From Eledone cirrhosa (taxonomy: Eukaryota): 64,000 bases of DNA. The translations under genes and the position numbers were made by a program. Below the pieces are notes generated by a model. It made no database searches, was not told where the DNA came from, and was given only the letters and a program-made list of their open reading frames with translations. Positions within the stretch are counted from its first letter, which is position 1. Each line of letters starts with the position of its first letter. This document shows positions 17,920-30,664 of this stretch, piece by piece. The stretch is taken from positions 254,820,001 through 254,884,000 of the forward strand of contig OZ024740.1 in the NCBI GenBank assembly GCA_964016885.1, written 5' to 3'.

Positions 17920-17980
17920 TTTTATCTGATGAAAGCGCACCATAATTTGCTTTGGTGTCCTTGAAATATCTATAATGAAA
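17920..17980 (+). ncRNA. Type I hammerhead ribozyme with canonical core and very short helix III
   Basis: TTTTAT-CTGATGA-AAG.GCACCA..TGGTGT.CTT-GAAA-TATCTA-TA-ATGAAA. Confidence 0.7.
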
Positions 17981-18124
17981 TAAATATCGTTTTATAAATA
18001 TAGTTTCCATTTGTTAATATATTGTATAAATATACATATATATATACCAAGGTGGTCATTAGATCAAATAAGACATCAAGTATCTTCTTATTCATCATCT
18101 CTCTATCTATCTATCTATATGTAT

Positions 18125-19380
18125 TCCCCCGCGAAAAGGGTTGCACACTTTTCGGGGGTATGTGCAATCCCGAACACGCCCCCTCCCTTTTGAGGACTTT
18201 TTATTATTATATTATTATTGTTATTCCTTTTTCTTTACTCGATTTATGTAAACTCCCCCACTGTGTATTTGTCCCCTTCTTTTGTGCCCTCGTGGCAAAT
18301 AAATAGAAATTTATCTATATGTATTCCTCACCGGACAACCGGTGTGGGCCCCGTTCGTGAGGCGAGCCGTCCCACGACTCGTCTCGCTGACCGAGCTGCA
18401 GTCCTGGGTCAAGCAAAGACCGAGGAAAATGGGCGACTGGCACATCGAATGTGCTCAAGCGCTCACAGCCCTCTGGCAGGCGGACCTGGCGATCAGTGGA
18501 AACTCCACTTCGTCATTCTATAGAGGGTTGATCCGCAGCAAGTGCGACGACGCGCTCGGTGAAACTCTAGGCGTAGAGGAAGATGAACTGGCCAGTTTGT
18601 TCGGTAGGACCTTCCGCCCGGGACCGATGGACAACTTCCAAAAGTTCCTGGCCTGGCAGTGCTACTGAGGAGCTCTACCAGTTCGAGACAAGCTCTACAG
18701 ACATGGGCGCCCGGGCAAAAAAGATCTGTCCGAGGTGCGTCCGAGATGAAGAAACCGTCGCGCACGCATTCATACACTGCCCGGGCGTCACTGACCTGTG
18801 GGGCTATGTAGAACGACTATTGTCGCGGGTGGGACCAATTCGGTTGACTACCGAGTCCATTGTCATGATCAAATCGCCACCCTCCTTCAAAAACGAAGGA
18901 GAGGCGGTTTTCCTTTGTGTGATAGCTATGGTGAAAGAGGTTGTATGGTGGACAAGGTTGAAAGGGCTGAGGTCAGACACCTTTCTCTCCGGCCAACAAC
19001 TGATTCTTTTTTTCCAATACCACTTTGGAAGAAGAATCAGGATGGAGAGAGAGGTGCTGTACCCCAGCAAGTTTTATGAAAGGTGGGTGAAAGTGGCGAG
19101 AATGGCCCGGGTGAATGGGCCTTCTCTCTATATCAGCCTGTAGGTTGAGGAAAAGGAAGAGGAGAGGAAAGGAGTACAAACTCTTCGTACTCCTGGAGAT
19201 GAGGGTTGCACATTTTTTCGGGGGTATGTGTTACCCATATGAACTATCTCCCCCTATTGGGGAAAATCGACTAATTTTTTAAATTGCATTTGTGATAATA
19301 TTTTACATGTTTTTATTGTATGTAAACTTCCCCCTTTGTATTTGTCCTCTTCTTTTGTGCCCCTGTGGCTAATAAAGAAA
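18125..19380 (+). mobile_element. Two tandem Tx1-like LINE 3' fragments (18125-18310 UTR only; 18323-19380 with a nonsense codon)
   Basis: Homologous to 12276-13496; CPRC..ETVAHAFIHC motif; both end in AATAAA..GAAA followed by TA-rich sequence. Confidence 0.82.
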
Positions 19381-19656
19381 CATATCTATATATATATATA
19401 TATATATAAAGAATTTATATCTAGTAACATTTATATACATACAGATGCATATCAATGCCAGCAAATATATAGGTTTTGTCTTAGTAACATTGTGGTTCAA
19501 TGCATGGGGTTGCAGAACAATAATATGAGAGACGTAAGATAAGATAATTATAAAATTATAAAAAAATAATTATAAAATTGACTTACTTACTAAAATATCA
19601 CTTATATATTATAAAAATAAACAAAGAAGCCTTCAATACATCAAAAGTCTTTATTA

Positions 19657-19697
19657 GCCGACAATGTTTCGTCCCATTAATAAGGACTCATCAGGGC
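19657..19697 (-). ncRNA. Minimal hammerhead ribozyme (mirror copy)
   Basis: Reverse complement: GCC-CTGATGA-GTCC..GGAC-GAAA-CATTG-TC-GGC. Confidence 0.8.
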
Positions 19698-19802
19698 AAG
19701 CAAAGAGACAAGAAGCATTAACGGCCAGAACAAGACAAAACTCAGAAGAACAGGGAATTTATATCTATGTTCTGGCCGTTAATGCTTCTTGTCTCTTTGC
19801 TT

Positions 19803-19843
19803 GCCCTGATGAGTCCTTTTTAATGGGATGAAACATTGTCGGC
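19803..19843 (+). ncRNA. Minimal hammerhead ribozyme
   Basis: GCC-CTGATGA-GTCC..GGAT-GAAA-CATTG-TC-GGC. Confidence 0.8.
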
Positions 19844-19989
19844 TAATAAAGACTTTTGATGTATTGAAGGCTTCTTTGTTTATTTTTATAATTTTTCGGC
19901 TCTGTTGGATTACATTGAGCTATATCTTATACTGTCATTTCTCTAATATGACGAGTGTGTTTAACTCTAACACACTCAAGTATTTTAAT

Positions 19990-20268
<279 letters not shown>

Positions 20269-20525
20269 TATATATATATATAAATATACATATATATATA
20301 CATATATATATATAGAACCGCTGCTTTCACCCTTAATGGGATCTTCAGAAGATCCCGTTAAGGGTGAAAGCAGCGATTTTTTGCTTAAACTTCAATCTTG
20401 TTATTTTAATAAAAATTAATATATATATATATAGAAATAATAATAAATGTGAAGACTAAAATGCAAAGAGGGCTCGATAAGGATATTGAATATATAAGAA
20501 CACTAGAGCAAATATTTATTAAAAT

Positions 20526-20574
<49 letters not shown>

Positions 20575-20813
20575 CATACACATATATATATATAATCTGA
20601 GTTTTTCGAATATTAATAATAATATTCGATTTGTTTGCAATTATGCAAACAAGCCTCATTTTTAAAGCCTTATCAGTAGAATGAGCCCCTTTTCGTTGCT
20701 CTTATTTTGGCATGTAAACAGAACTGCAGACACTAATATTTCATCAGTACAACTCACCGTTCACGCGCCAACTGTCAGAGCTAGTGAAAATATATACTAT
20801 TTTCAAAAATGCA

Positions 20814-21013
20814 CAGTGACTGTTCAGCCTGATTTGCATATTAGGAGACTGGCTGATCAGTCAGATCTGCATATTAGCAGATCCACTGATCAGCCAGATT
20901 TGCATATCAGCAGACTGGCCAGTCAGTTTCCTGTATACGAGCGATAAATGGCCGGCTTTGCCACATTAAAAAAAAAAGTCTGCCAATATGCAAATCAGGC
21001 CGATCAGTCACTG
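20814..21013. mobile_element. Tc1/mariner-type MITE with three 33-bp internal repeats and octamer motifs
   Basis: TIRs CAGTGACTGttcaGCCTGATTTGCATATT and AATATGCAAATCAGGCcgatCAGTCACTG; the right flank is TA. Confidence 0.7.
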
Positions 21014-21119
21014 TATATATGTGTCAGTGTGTGTGTGTGTTCGCGTATGTTTTTTGCATACTAGTGTGTCTATACACTTGTGTCTGTGCCATATATACAT
21101 ATCTATGTATATATTCATG

Positions 21120-21185
<66 letters not shown>

Positions 21186-21909
21186 AGTGTGTATATGTAT
21201 TTGTATATGTCTGTATGTATGTCTGTGTATGTTTTTATGCGTGTGTGTGAATCTGTACATATGCGTATGTCCGTGTACATGTATGCTTGTATATATATAT
21301 GTATGTATATATACATATATTCCTTTTATCTGAATGTGTGAATATATGTATGTACACATGTTTTTTCTATATTGCTATATATATATTTTCAGACATTGAA
21401 TCATCTGGCAGGAAGGTATACGTTGCTGACGATAGCTAATGAGCTTGAAACTAGTACAGCGTTCCTTTGTCAGTGTTGAACAAACGAGCAACGATGGTTG
21501 CTAGACACTGCGGCTTAATACGGGATGTTTGTTTACAAACACACCGAGCATTATAATAAATGTTCGGTGAATCCATACGTACATATATATGTGTGCATCT
21601 ATGTATAAATATATACATACTACTGTACGTCTGTATACATATATGTATGTACATATACATACTTATATATTTTTATTTTCTATAAATTTTTCTTACCCTT
21701 CTTTTCTTTTATGTATATTTCCCGTTATTTTCCAGCCACACTTCCAATTTTTAACAGATTTTAAATCTCATTTCATATCTTTTATCTACAACATCTGTCT
21801 GACGACCGATCCAGACGTATATATTATTATCGTCTGTGATCCTGAAACCTTTGGTAATGGAATAGTTATATTTTGTGTTGTTCAATTTCTAATTAAATAT
21901 ATATATATA

Positions 21910-22040
21910 TTTCTTTATTAGCCACAGGAGCACAAAAGAAGGGGACAAATACAAAGGGGGAAGTTTACATACAATAAAAACGTGTAAAATGTTATCACAA
22001 ATGGAATTTAAAAAGTTAGTCGATTTTCCCCAAGAAAGAG
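21910..22040 (-). mobile_element. Tx1-like 3' UTR fragment
   Basis: Reverse complement of 19250-19380; ends in (TA)n. Confidence 0.75.
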
Positions 22041-22466
22041 AGATAGATAGGTAGATAGATAGAGTGTGTGTGTGTATAATAATTGTTTCTAATGGAGGCA
22101 GAGGGCCATCAATTTTATTGGGACATAGACAAGTCGATTACATGTTCTGCAGTATTTCACTGGTACTTTACTTTATTTATCGACCACGGAAAGGACGAAA
22201 GGCAAAGCTAACCTCGTGGGATTTAAACTCAAAACCTAAAAACCTAAAGAGTCGCAAAAAAATAATAATACTAGTACCTAACTTATTGTAAAGGTTAAAC
22301 GGTTCTTACACCATGTAGGACATTGTCAAATGAAGGTCAAGGTAAAACAACGATGACATGTGTATGACACAACAGATAAGATTAGACCAAGATATCCAGG
22401 TCAATATATTTATATCAGTTATCAAAATAAGAAGAAAAATGATATATTATGTAATAAAATACTTAC

Positions 22467-22533
22467 GTCTGAAATAATATTTATCCAGCTTTTCCACAGT
22501 AGCTTCATAATTTACTCTCTTACTCTCCGCCAT
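22467..22533 (-). CDS. PHKB: Probable first coding exon of phosphorylase kinase beta subunit
   Basis: The minus strand reads gaaATGGCG... and encodes MAESKRVNYEATVEKLDKYYFR, ending in a consensus |gtaagt donor. This resembles the PHKB N-terminus (NETLWDKLDHYYRIV). It diverges from ITFG1, as PHKB does in vertebrates. No exon 2 was found in the window. Confidence 0.72.
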
Positions 22534-22895
22534 TTCAATACCTCTCTCAGTCAGACGACTGTCGTAGTTTTCCATTTTATAAACACTCATTTTTATACGA
22601 GATATTTTAAATATAAAATTTCTAAAACGGAAATTATTGTTTTATTTTAAAACAAATAATTAATGTTTTGTTGATATTTTAGTGTTTTTGTTTTTTAATT
22701 AAAAAATTTCCGTAAAACGACATCAAACGTTTGTGTTTACGGCACTCGTTTATTGTTTGAGGAGACATGTGTAACAAGTTGATCGGCACTCTTGTATAAT
22801 AACAGAGTTATATACATATATATGTGTGTGTGTTCATATATATATACATATATAAAGATATTTTCTTTTGTTGTGGATTGATAGTGTGTGTTAGT
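22534..22895. promoter_or_regulatory. Putative bidirectional promoter and 5' UTRs (PHKB/ITFG1)
   Basis: 362 bp of largely non-repetitive sequence between two divergent start codons. Confidence 0.6.
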
Positions 22896-23157
22896 ATGTA
22901 TCCAGTAGCCGGAGAGAAAATACTGCTACTATGTGTAGAATTAAAGACGACCAACGTTGAAAAACAGCTGTATAGGTTACTAGTAGTAACTCTGGCTATC
23001 TTGTGTTTTCAAACTAATTTAGTTGGTTGTGACATGACAGAGTTTTCTGATATATCCAGCAGCATTCTTGTGGACGGCAACGATCGAGGTGTTATATCAG
23101 CCTTTGGTGATTTCAATGCCGACAAACATACTGACGTATTTCTTCTAACGGACGGAG
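22896..23157 (+). CDS. ITFG1: ITFG1 (T-cell immunomodulatory protein/LINKIN) coding exon 1
   Basis: ATG at 22896. A hydrophobic signal-like segment is followed by GVISAFGDFNADKHTDVFLL, which resembles vertebrate ITFG1 GTLAAFGDLNSDKQTDLFVL (FG-GAP repeat, compared from memory). Donor G|gtaagt, phase 1. The exact start codon is uncertain. Confidence 0.9.
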
Positions 23158-24886
23158 GTAAGTGTTGTTTTATATATCTTCTTGGCCCCCCCCCCCCCCC
23201 CAACTCACACTTCTTTGTAAACCTTACTTTCTTTAGCCCTCGAGATTTTAATGTCATCTCTACTCGTGTTTGCTCTGCGTTGAATTAACTTTTAAAAGTA
23301 CTTCCGCCACACTCTAGACAGAGGAGGGTGTGTTCAGACAGCAATGAAACCAAAAACTCACTACCAGTGTTTTTTCAGGGTAGGGTGCACACCCCACCGG
23401 TGAGGCCATGGATTACAAAATATGGCGTAGTTACTAACTTTGTCCTATCATGCCGTGGCACACGTATTTTTGTGAAATTGAAACGGGGCGTAGAACAAAA
23501 AGAAAAAGAAAAAAATGTTGAGAAACAATATTCTACACTAGCTCAACTTGTGAGAAATAGTAGCTAGATTTCCTCAAATCACACTTTATCATTTTAAAAT
23601 AAAAAAGACACATTGAATAATATATTCTCGTTACCACACATCAATCGGCTAGGGGGAGGTGTCCTGTGTATGCCATGAAACAGAAGCTCTTAACATAGTA
23701 GGTCGACTTGTTAGAAATAACAGCCAAATCCTTTTAAATCACATACTACTGTCTCCAGAAATGAAAGACAAGTGGTAGCTATAGAAAATGACAAGATTGG
23801 AAGCAACCCTACCTTCGATAGGGGTTGTGACCAAATACGAAGTGTGAAAGCGGAATCATTATATGTGACTCGAAGTGTTTCTCACAAGTGAGGAATGTTA
23901 AACTGATTTTCAACTCTCACTGATTATACTAATTATGTCACTGCAATAACTAACTTGACATCTAAAAATATATACAACCACAAACAGGCATATATGCTGG
24001 CACACACAAACAAGCATATATACACACACATGCAAAAAGGCATACATACAAACACAATCACAAACATACACACATGTAATCACAAGCAGGCACACACATA
24101 TACATCTGGTAATGTGCAATCGTTCTATAGTTTGACTGCTTATATCAATTGGAGTGACATATTGTGGTTTAATGAATGAAGTTAGATAAGATAGATACTG
24201 TGTAGAGATTGTGTAAATAAACAGTGTGCTGGTGCCATGATAAAATGCACCTAGTGCACCTTGCAAAGTGGTTGGTTGTTAAGGGCATCCAGCCATAGAA
24301 ACCATCCCAAAGTGTTGAGAGGACTCATCGGTTGTGTTAAGGACATGATAACCTCCCTTGTTTTGGCGACTTGATAAAACACACTCAATGCATTCTGTAA
24401 GGTGGTTGGCAATAAGGAGGGTATCCAGCTTTAGAGATCATGGCCAAACCTGAAAGTATCATCATCATTGTTTAACATCTATTTTTCTATACTTGCATAT
24501 GTTAAACGAGTTGTGACAGGTTATGAGACAAGTCAGGTCACGTGACCACGTCTTGCTTATATGGATCTGCATTTTTTTGTTTTGCTGTCTTTCCTAATGC
24601 CAACCACATTACAGCGTGGACTGGGTGCTTTTTATCGTGGCACTAAAATGACCATCTAATAGGGTGGACTGAGTCCTTTTTATCATATCACAACATGGCC
24701 ATCTTACAAAGTGGACTGGGTGCTTTTTGTTGTCACCAGCATGACCACTATATAGGGTAGACTGGGAGATACAGGGTTGCAAGATGTAGACCCCACCCAT
24801 GTGGGAAGACAGTAACTTAGATTAAGTACTGACTTGGTCTGTGATGACACATCCAACCTATGCTAGCATGGAAAAGCAGACGTTAA

Positions 24887-25105
24887 CCCTTTAGCATTTA
24901 CATTACCTATATATACTATTGTATTTTCATGGTAAACACTTTATTTCACATAATTATCTCACATAATATCAATCTATGAGATTTTGATGATATTTATTTT
25001 CAGAAGAATACCTTAACATAAGTATGAGTAATCATTTACAGACAGTTTGAACAGAAAGAGGTGAGAGAAGTCTGGCCGGATACAGCCGGTTTGAATGCTA
25101 AAGGG
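24887..25105. mobile_element. piggyBac-type MITE
   Basis: TTAA|CCCTTTAGCATT...AATGCTAAAGGG|TTAA (TIRs plus TTAA TSD). A related inverted copy lies at ~59721-59934. Confidence 0.85.
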
Positions 25106-25904
25106 TTAAATAATGATGGTGTATAGATGATGAAGGACTAATATCCGAAATGTTAAGGCTCTTTTCTTACTATATCAAGTGTTAAACTAATATATATCTT
25201 TATTGGATTGTATCATTGCTCTATGTTGTTTTTAACTTTAATATTTGCATGTGCACACTCACACACACATATAATATACTGACACAGTTTCACTTCAAAA
25301 TGTACTATATATATATATATAGTCCATTCTGTAAACTGGTCGTGTGGGTGTCATGACAAAAAGCGCCCAGCCCAAACTGTAAAGTTGTCATATAGGTATC
25401 CCAACAAAATACATACTGTAAATGTGGTTGACATTAGGAAGGGCATTCAGCCATAGAAACCAAGCCCAAATCAGTTCTGTATGAGCAAGACACAGTCACA
25501 TGAGCTGACTTGTCTCACTATGGGACAATTCATCTAACCCATTCTAACGTGGAAAAATTATGATGATGATGATATGAACATTGTGTAGATTAGACTGTAT
25601 ATATAGACACAGTATGTAGATATTGTGTGTATATATAGACACAGTGTAGATGTTGTCATCAATATTATCATTTATTGTCCATTCTCTCTGCTCACAAGTG
25701 TTGAATGGGTTGTCAGAGAATAAGTTAGTACTTAATCAGATCCACTGATTGGCTGCATCACATTTACATTGGTTCCTGCACTCGACAAAATCTGCTGTGC
25801 AGTAAGGAGTCTTCTCTACTCTTGTTTCACAAGATTTCTCTAATTGGATGGCCTTCCTATGTCCTTCCAGAGTGTACTGGGTATCTTTTAGAGAAACAGT
25901 CTTA

Positions 25905-26078
25905 AAATTCGGGTTGGACGCCATGCTTTGCAACATAGAATGACATCCCTTTACGGTCTGAGTTCAAATCCTGCCGAGGTTAACTTTGCCTTTCATCCTT
26001 ACGGGTTCGATAAAATAAAGTACAAGTAATGCACTGGGGTAATTGCTGGCCTTGTGCCAAGAGTAAAAGCAATTATTA
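25905..26078 (+). mobile_element. tRNA-derived SINE (other copies ~26944-27125, 27130-27310, 32149-32325, 35240-35417)
   Basis: B-box GAGTTCAAATCC, shared body gcctttcatccttacggggtcgataaaataaagtacc and an (ATT)n tail. Confidence 0.8.
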
Positions 26079-27352
26079 TATGGTATTGATGTTTTTGCCA
26101 GTATAAATTCACTTCCTACTGGACCACAACATATGGTCTAAGATGAGAAGCATTCCTCACCTTTCTCTCATTAAAGTCTTCTCCTAATTTTCATAACTGC
26201 CCTCACTTAATGCCAATTACTTCTTCTTCTCTTCCTCCTCCTCCTCCTCCTCCCACAAATTCCTGAGGGTCGTGAGTGCAGAGTTCTCAAACACTCCTTC
26301 CAGTGTGTCCAGCCAGAAGCAACCATTTCCAACCTCTCCAAGTGAGACCAGCAAAACTCATCGATATTATCCAGTTATCCAACCATTTTGCTCTGGGTCT
26401 CCTGCCAGTTGGTTTTGCTTGTAAAATCTGTCTAACGATTCTTTACTGGAGCTGTAAATCTCTCTATTCAGAGAAGTAGCAGCTTTACCTGGAGTCACTC
26501 TCTGATCTCCGAGCTATCAAGTAATGTTACTCCAAAGACCCTTTGGAGGAACCCCATTTCAGCTGCTTGTATTTGCGGTCGTATTCTTTCGGTCATTACC
26601 CAAAATTCATGACCATAGGTACTGTTTGGCACGAATACTGAATTTGTGCCAAGGTCTTTCTGATCCAATTAGGTAACTGTTTTGCACCACATCCACTCCC
26701 CGGTTTTTCAGGTCAATCTTTCCAAGGTTTACTGCCAATTTCTTTATCATAGTTCCCAAGGCTCAAGAGATAGTTGACAAGATCATCATCCTCAGCAACT
26801 TGTTTTTTCCACTAATTGAAGCCCATTATAATGTTCTACTTTTTCTTTTTCTTTTGTTAACTCCGCTATCAAATGGGTATGCTATGTTTCATTAGCTGAC
26901 ATAGTTTCAAGGACTACAATAGCTGGCTTATTATTTATCATTTTAGCAGTATCGGTAGAGGGTGGGATACCATGCTTTCCAGCATAGTTACGTCCCTTTA
27001 TGATCTGAGTTCAAATCCCGCCGAGGTTAACTTTGCCTTTCATCCTTACGGGGTCGATAAAATAAAGTACCAGTAATGTACTGGGTAATTGCTGGCCTTG
27101 TGCCAAAAGTAGAAACAATTATTATTGCTTTGCAGCAATAGCTACAGCCCTTTACATACTGAGTTCTAATCCTGCTGAGATTAGCTTTGTTTTTCATCCT
27201 TATGGGGTTGATAAAAATAAAGCACCAGTAATACAATGATGTTGGTTTAATTGACTTTGCCCTTCCCTTCAAATTGCTGGCATTGTGCCTAAATCAGAAA
27301 CAATTATTATTGATCGTTTCACGTAAACAAATTTATTTATTTCTATTGACAG

Positions 27353-27586
27353 GGCAAGAGGTGAAATTGCTTCTTGCTGGTAAGATGGAAGAGCCGTACA
27401 CATCAAGAATTCTTATTGAAGCTAATGCTAGTAATTTGACTGATACTATCATAACTAATGTTGTGCCAGCTGACTTTGACGGTGATGTGAAGATGGACAT
27501 CCTCTTGTGTCGACAGAAGAAGAATGATCCTTCTGGAAACATCTATATTGAGATTTATTGGGGTAATGGCTACAATGTTGACCAAG
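27353..27586 (+). CDS. ITFG1: ITFG1 exon 2
   Basis: ag|GG acceptor and G|gtaggt donor; encodes IITNVVPADFDGDVKMDILL...IEIYWG (FG-GAP repeat); phase 1 to 1. Confidence 0.93.
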
Positions 27587-28044
27587 GTAGGTATTGATGT
27601 TATTCTAAGCTTGTTTATTTGTTATTGAGCCATTGTAGCTGTCAAGTGCAAGCTGGTCAGTGGGGGAGAAGGGACTGACTGGGTTGTGACATGGTACCTC
27701 CAATATCTAAAGAGCCCCAAATAAAATTTTTGACCACCATCAATAATGTTTTTTCTTTCTTGTAAGTTTGTTGTATTATATATGTATGTATCATCATCAT
27801 CACCATTTAACATCTATTTTCCATGCTTGCATGGGTTAGATATGTTGTCACATATTGGGGCTAGACTCGTTAGTTGATCACATCATGCTTGTATGCTCCA
27901 TTTTGGGCTTGGGTTCTAAGGCTAGATATCCTTCCTAATGCCAACCATTTACAGCATGTGCTGGGAGCTTTTTATTTAGGGTAGACTGGTTGCTTTTCAT
28001 TGTGAAACCAATATTTCTGCATTACATTGTGAATTACCTTCTTT

Positions 28045-28790
28045 TTCTTCTTCACTCACTTATTCCTAAGAGGGTCATGGAGGCAGAGTCCTCAAAAACT
28101 CCTTCCAGTGGGTCCTGTCAGAAGCAACCGTCTCCAACTAATCCGGCTCGATCCCCATGTCTGACCAGCAAAGCTCATGGATGTTATCCAACCATCTTGC
28201 TCAGGGTCTACCCCTGGGTCTCCTACCTGTTTGTTTCGCCTGTAAAATTTGTCCAGCAATTCTTTACTGAGACATTCTAATCACATACACATAGTATCAG
28301 AGCTGTGATCTTTCAATTCAGAGTAGTAGCGACTCTACTTGGAGTGTCTCTTTGATCTCCAGGGTATGCACTTTATCAAGTAATGTTACTCCAAAGACCC
28401 TTCGGAGGAATCCCATTTCGGCTGCTTGTTTTCGAGATCCTATTCTTTCGCTCATTACCCAACACTCATGGCCATAGGTAAGGGTTGGCACGAATACTGA
28501 ATTAAAGATAGCGAGTTTGGCTTTTACGCCTACTTCCCTTCTGATTACTGAGTGCAGAAGCTAGCTCATTACTGCACTTAATTCAGCCTCCTGCCTTCCA
28601 TCACTTGTGTATATGTCTCTGAGTTACTTGAACTTCTATACCTTCTTCAGTGGAACTCCATTAACATGTAGAGTACACTGCATAGGCTTCCTTGAGAAGA
28701 CAAGTGTCTCAGTTTTCGCAGCACTGATTTTCATTCCAGTCATGCAGCACTCAGCATCAAACCTATCCACCACATGCAGTTTTCTGACTA
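28045..28790 (-). mobile_element. Degenerate RTE-like LINE 3' fragment (related copy ~26220-26650)
   Basis: The minus strand encodes a YGHE.WVM.ER-like motif and has a (GAA)n-like tail. Confidence 0.65.
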
Positions 28791-28849
28791 CAATCAGAGA
28801 GACAGGATCAGGGTATATAAAGGAGTCAGGACCAAATAGGCAAAGATTG

Positions 28850-29490
28850 TAGAAAATGATGCAAATGGGACTTGCCCCATGTATAGGAGCAAATTTTGGA
28901 ATAAGATAGAAAGAATTAAGAAAAGACCAATAAAATCAGCTCATGGAATGATAGCAATAAATACCAATGTAATGTTCATCAATGCAACCCCCAGAGGTGA
29001 ACTAGCTTACGTATTTAGAAAAGTTCTTGACAAACGAAAATTAAATATTAAGATAGTTGAAAGACCAAGTATTCCCATAAAAGCCCAAATTAGTAGACAC
29101 ATCTGTTTCAACCCCTCCCCCTGCACTGATAGGAAATGCATAGTCTGTAAATTAAGCCCACAAACTAACTGCAAAACTAGTAATGTAGTATATAGCATAA
29201 GATGTACTGAGGGACAGTGTAGGAATAAGAACACAACTTACATAAGTGAGACAGCCCGTAGCTTAGGAGAAGGGATAAGTGACAACTCCAAGATGGGAAG
29301 AACTCATCAGTAGTCCACCAACATGCCAAAATGGAATATGGGGGAACACTTGAGAACATAGAGATAAAAATCATATCCACACACAGAAGAGACGCAATGC
29401 TCCAATAAATCACAGAAGCGACAAACATAAACGAACTCCAACCAAAATTAAACAGAAAACATGAGTGGAATAGCAACACCATCACAACTA
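28850..29490 (+). mobile_element. Degenerate Penelope-like GIY-YIG fragment
   Basis: PC...C..C, NVVYSIRC and YISETARSL motifs. Confidence 0.7.
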
Positions 29491-29939
29491 GTAATTAAAA
29501 ACAAGATAAAGACATACAGAGACACATAAAAACCAAACTAACAAAACAAACCACAGATAGAACAAACAACCAACTATTGACAAATTAACAAACATATAAA
29601 TAAATAAATAAAAACACACACATACCCAGATATAACACATGTAAAAAGCAAGTGCGCATAACACACAAAAGCAAGATGGTGTTGGTCAGAACAAAGGAGA
29701 GACACAAAATAACACATCAGTCATTGAGGAGGTCACAGAATGTGTGGCGAAAGAACTTTGACAATATATAAACAACCATCCAGTTATTAAACCAACCAAC
29801 TGGAAATTTGTAATAAATTGAAGTGGAAACCTACAGGTGTGTGTGTTTTTATTGACACCAAAATATAACAATATCTATTTCAACACATGTTTTCAGATAA
29901 GAAATCTTGCAAAACAAATTAAAAAACAAAGTATATGTG

Positions 29940-29984
<45 letters not shown>

Positions 29985-29987
<3 letters not shown>

Positions 29988-30298
29988 ATAAAGACCCACT
30001 TTGGTCACGAATGACCATGAGATTTGCACCTAGAACGTTCCTCTCTGAGACACAAGTCCGAGCAAGATTGGTTGTGGAAGACCAGAAGTCGATCATGCAT
30101 ACCGCCCTCCCCTGTCAACATCAGCAATGTTGTCCAAGGGAAATGCAATGGCCAATACAGCTTGGCAAATTGCTGAGTAAACTGGAGTAGCGTGAAATAA
30201 AGTGTCTTGCTTAAGGACACAACACATGGTGTCCAAGAATCGAACTCACAAGCTCCCGATTGCAAGCCCAAAGCTCTAACCACTAAGCCATGCGCCTT

Positions 30299-30301
<3 letters not shown>
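29985..30301 (-). mobile_element. tRNA-derived SINE
   Basis: Minus-strand A-box TGGCTTAGTGG, B-box GAGTTCGATTC, then gtgtccttaagcaagacact. Confidence 0.8.
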
Positions 30302-30345
<44 letters not shown>

Positions 30346-30612
30346 TTATATGTATATGCTGTCTGGAGGTTCGCCTGTTTATCACACGGTCCTTTTGATA
30401 AGCAGGTGAAACTCCAGAACAAGATTCACTATGTAGCTTTAATAAAATGAATATTAAAACTCCACTTCAGTATTGAGTACTCTTTTCTCAGTTGTCAACC
30501 ACATACGGATATATATAAATATATATGTATTTATTTATTACATACTTTGAAAACTAACTATTGTTGTGTTACAAAATATATTTCAGGAAATGTATTTATT
30601 TATCTATTTCAG

Positions 30613-30664
30613 CCCATCCATTAGTGTTAGCAGAGACATTAAAGGACCAACCCCTTGTTATGGA
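30613..30664 (+). CDS. ITFG1: ITFG1 exon 3
   Basis: tttcag| acceptor and |gtgagt donor; encodes AHPLVLAETLKDQPLVMD, similar to TFQDEPLIMD; phase 1 to 2. Confidence 0.88.

Larger units (their letters stand above)
19608..19892. repeat. Fold-back inverted repeat (~125-bp arms) with a hammerhead in each arm
   Basis: Arms at 19608-19732 and 19768-19892 are nearly perfect complements. Confidence 0.92.

Noticed and set aside
30230-30301. tRNA-like sequence (also 41655-41727)
   Set aside because: It is a SINE head continuing into a SINE body; no complete cloverleaf could be supported.
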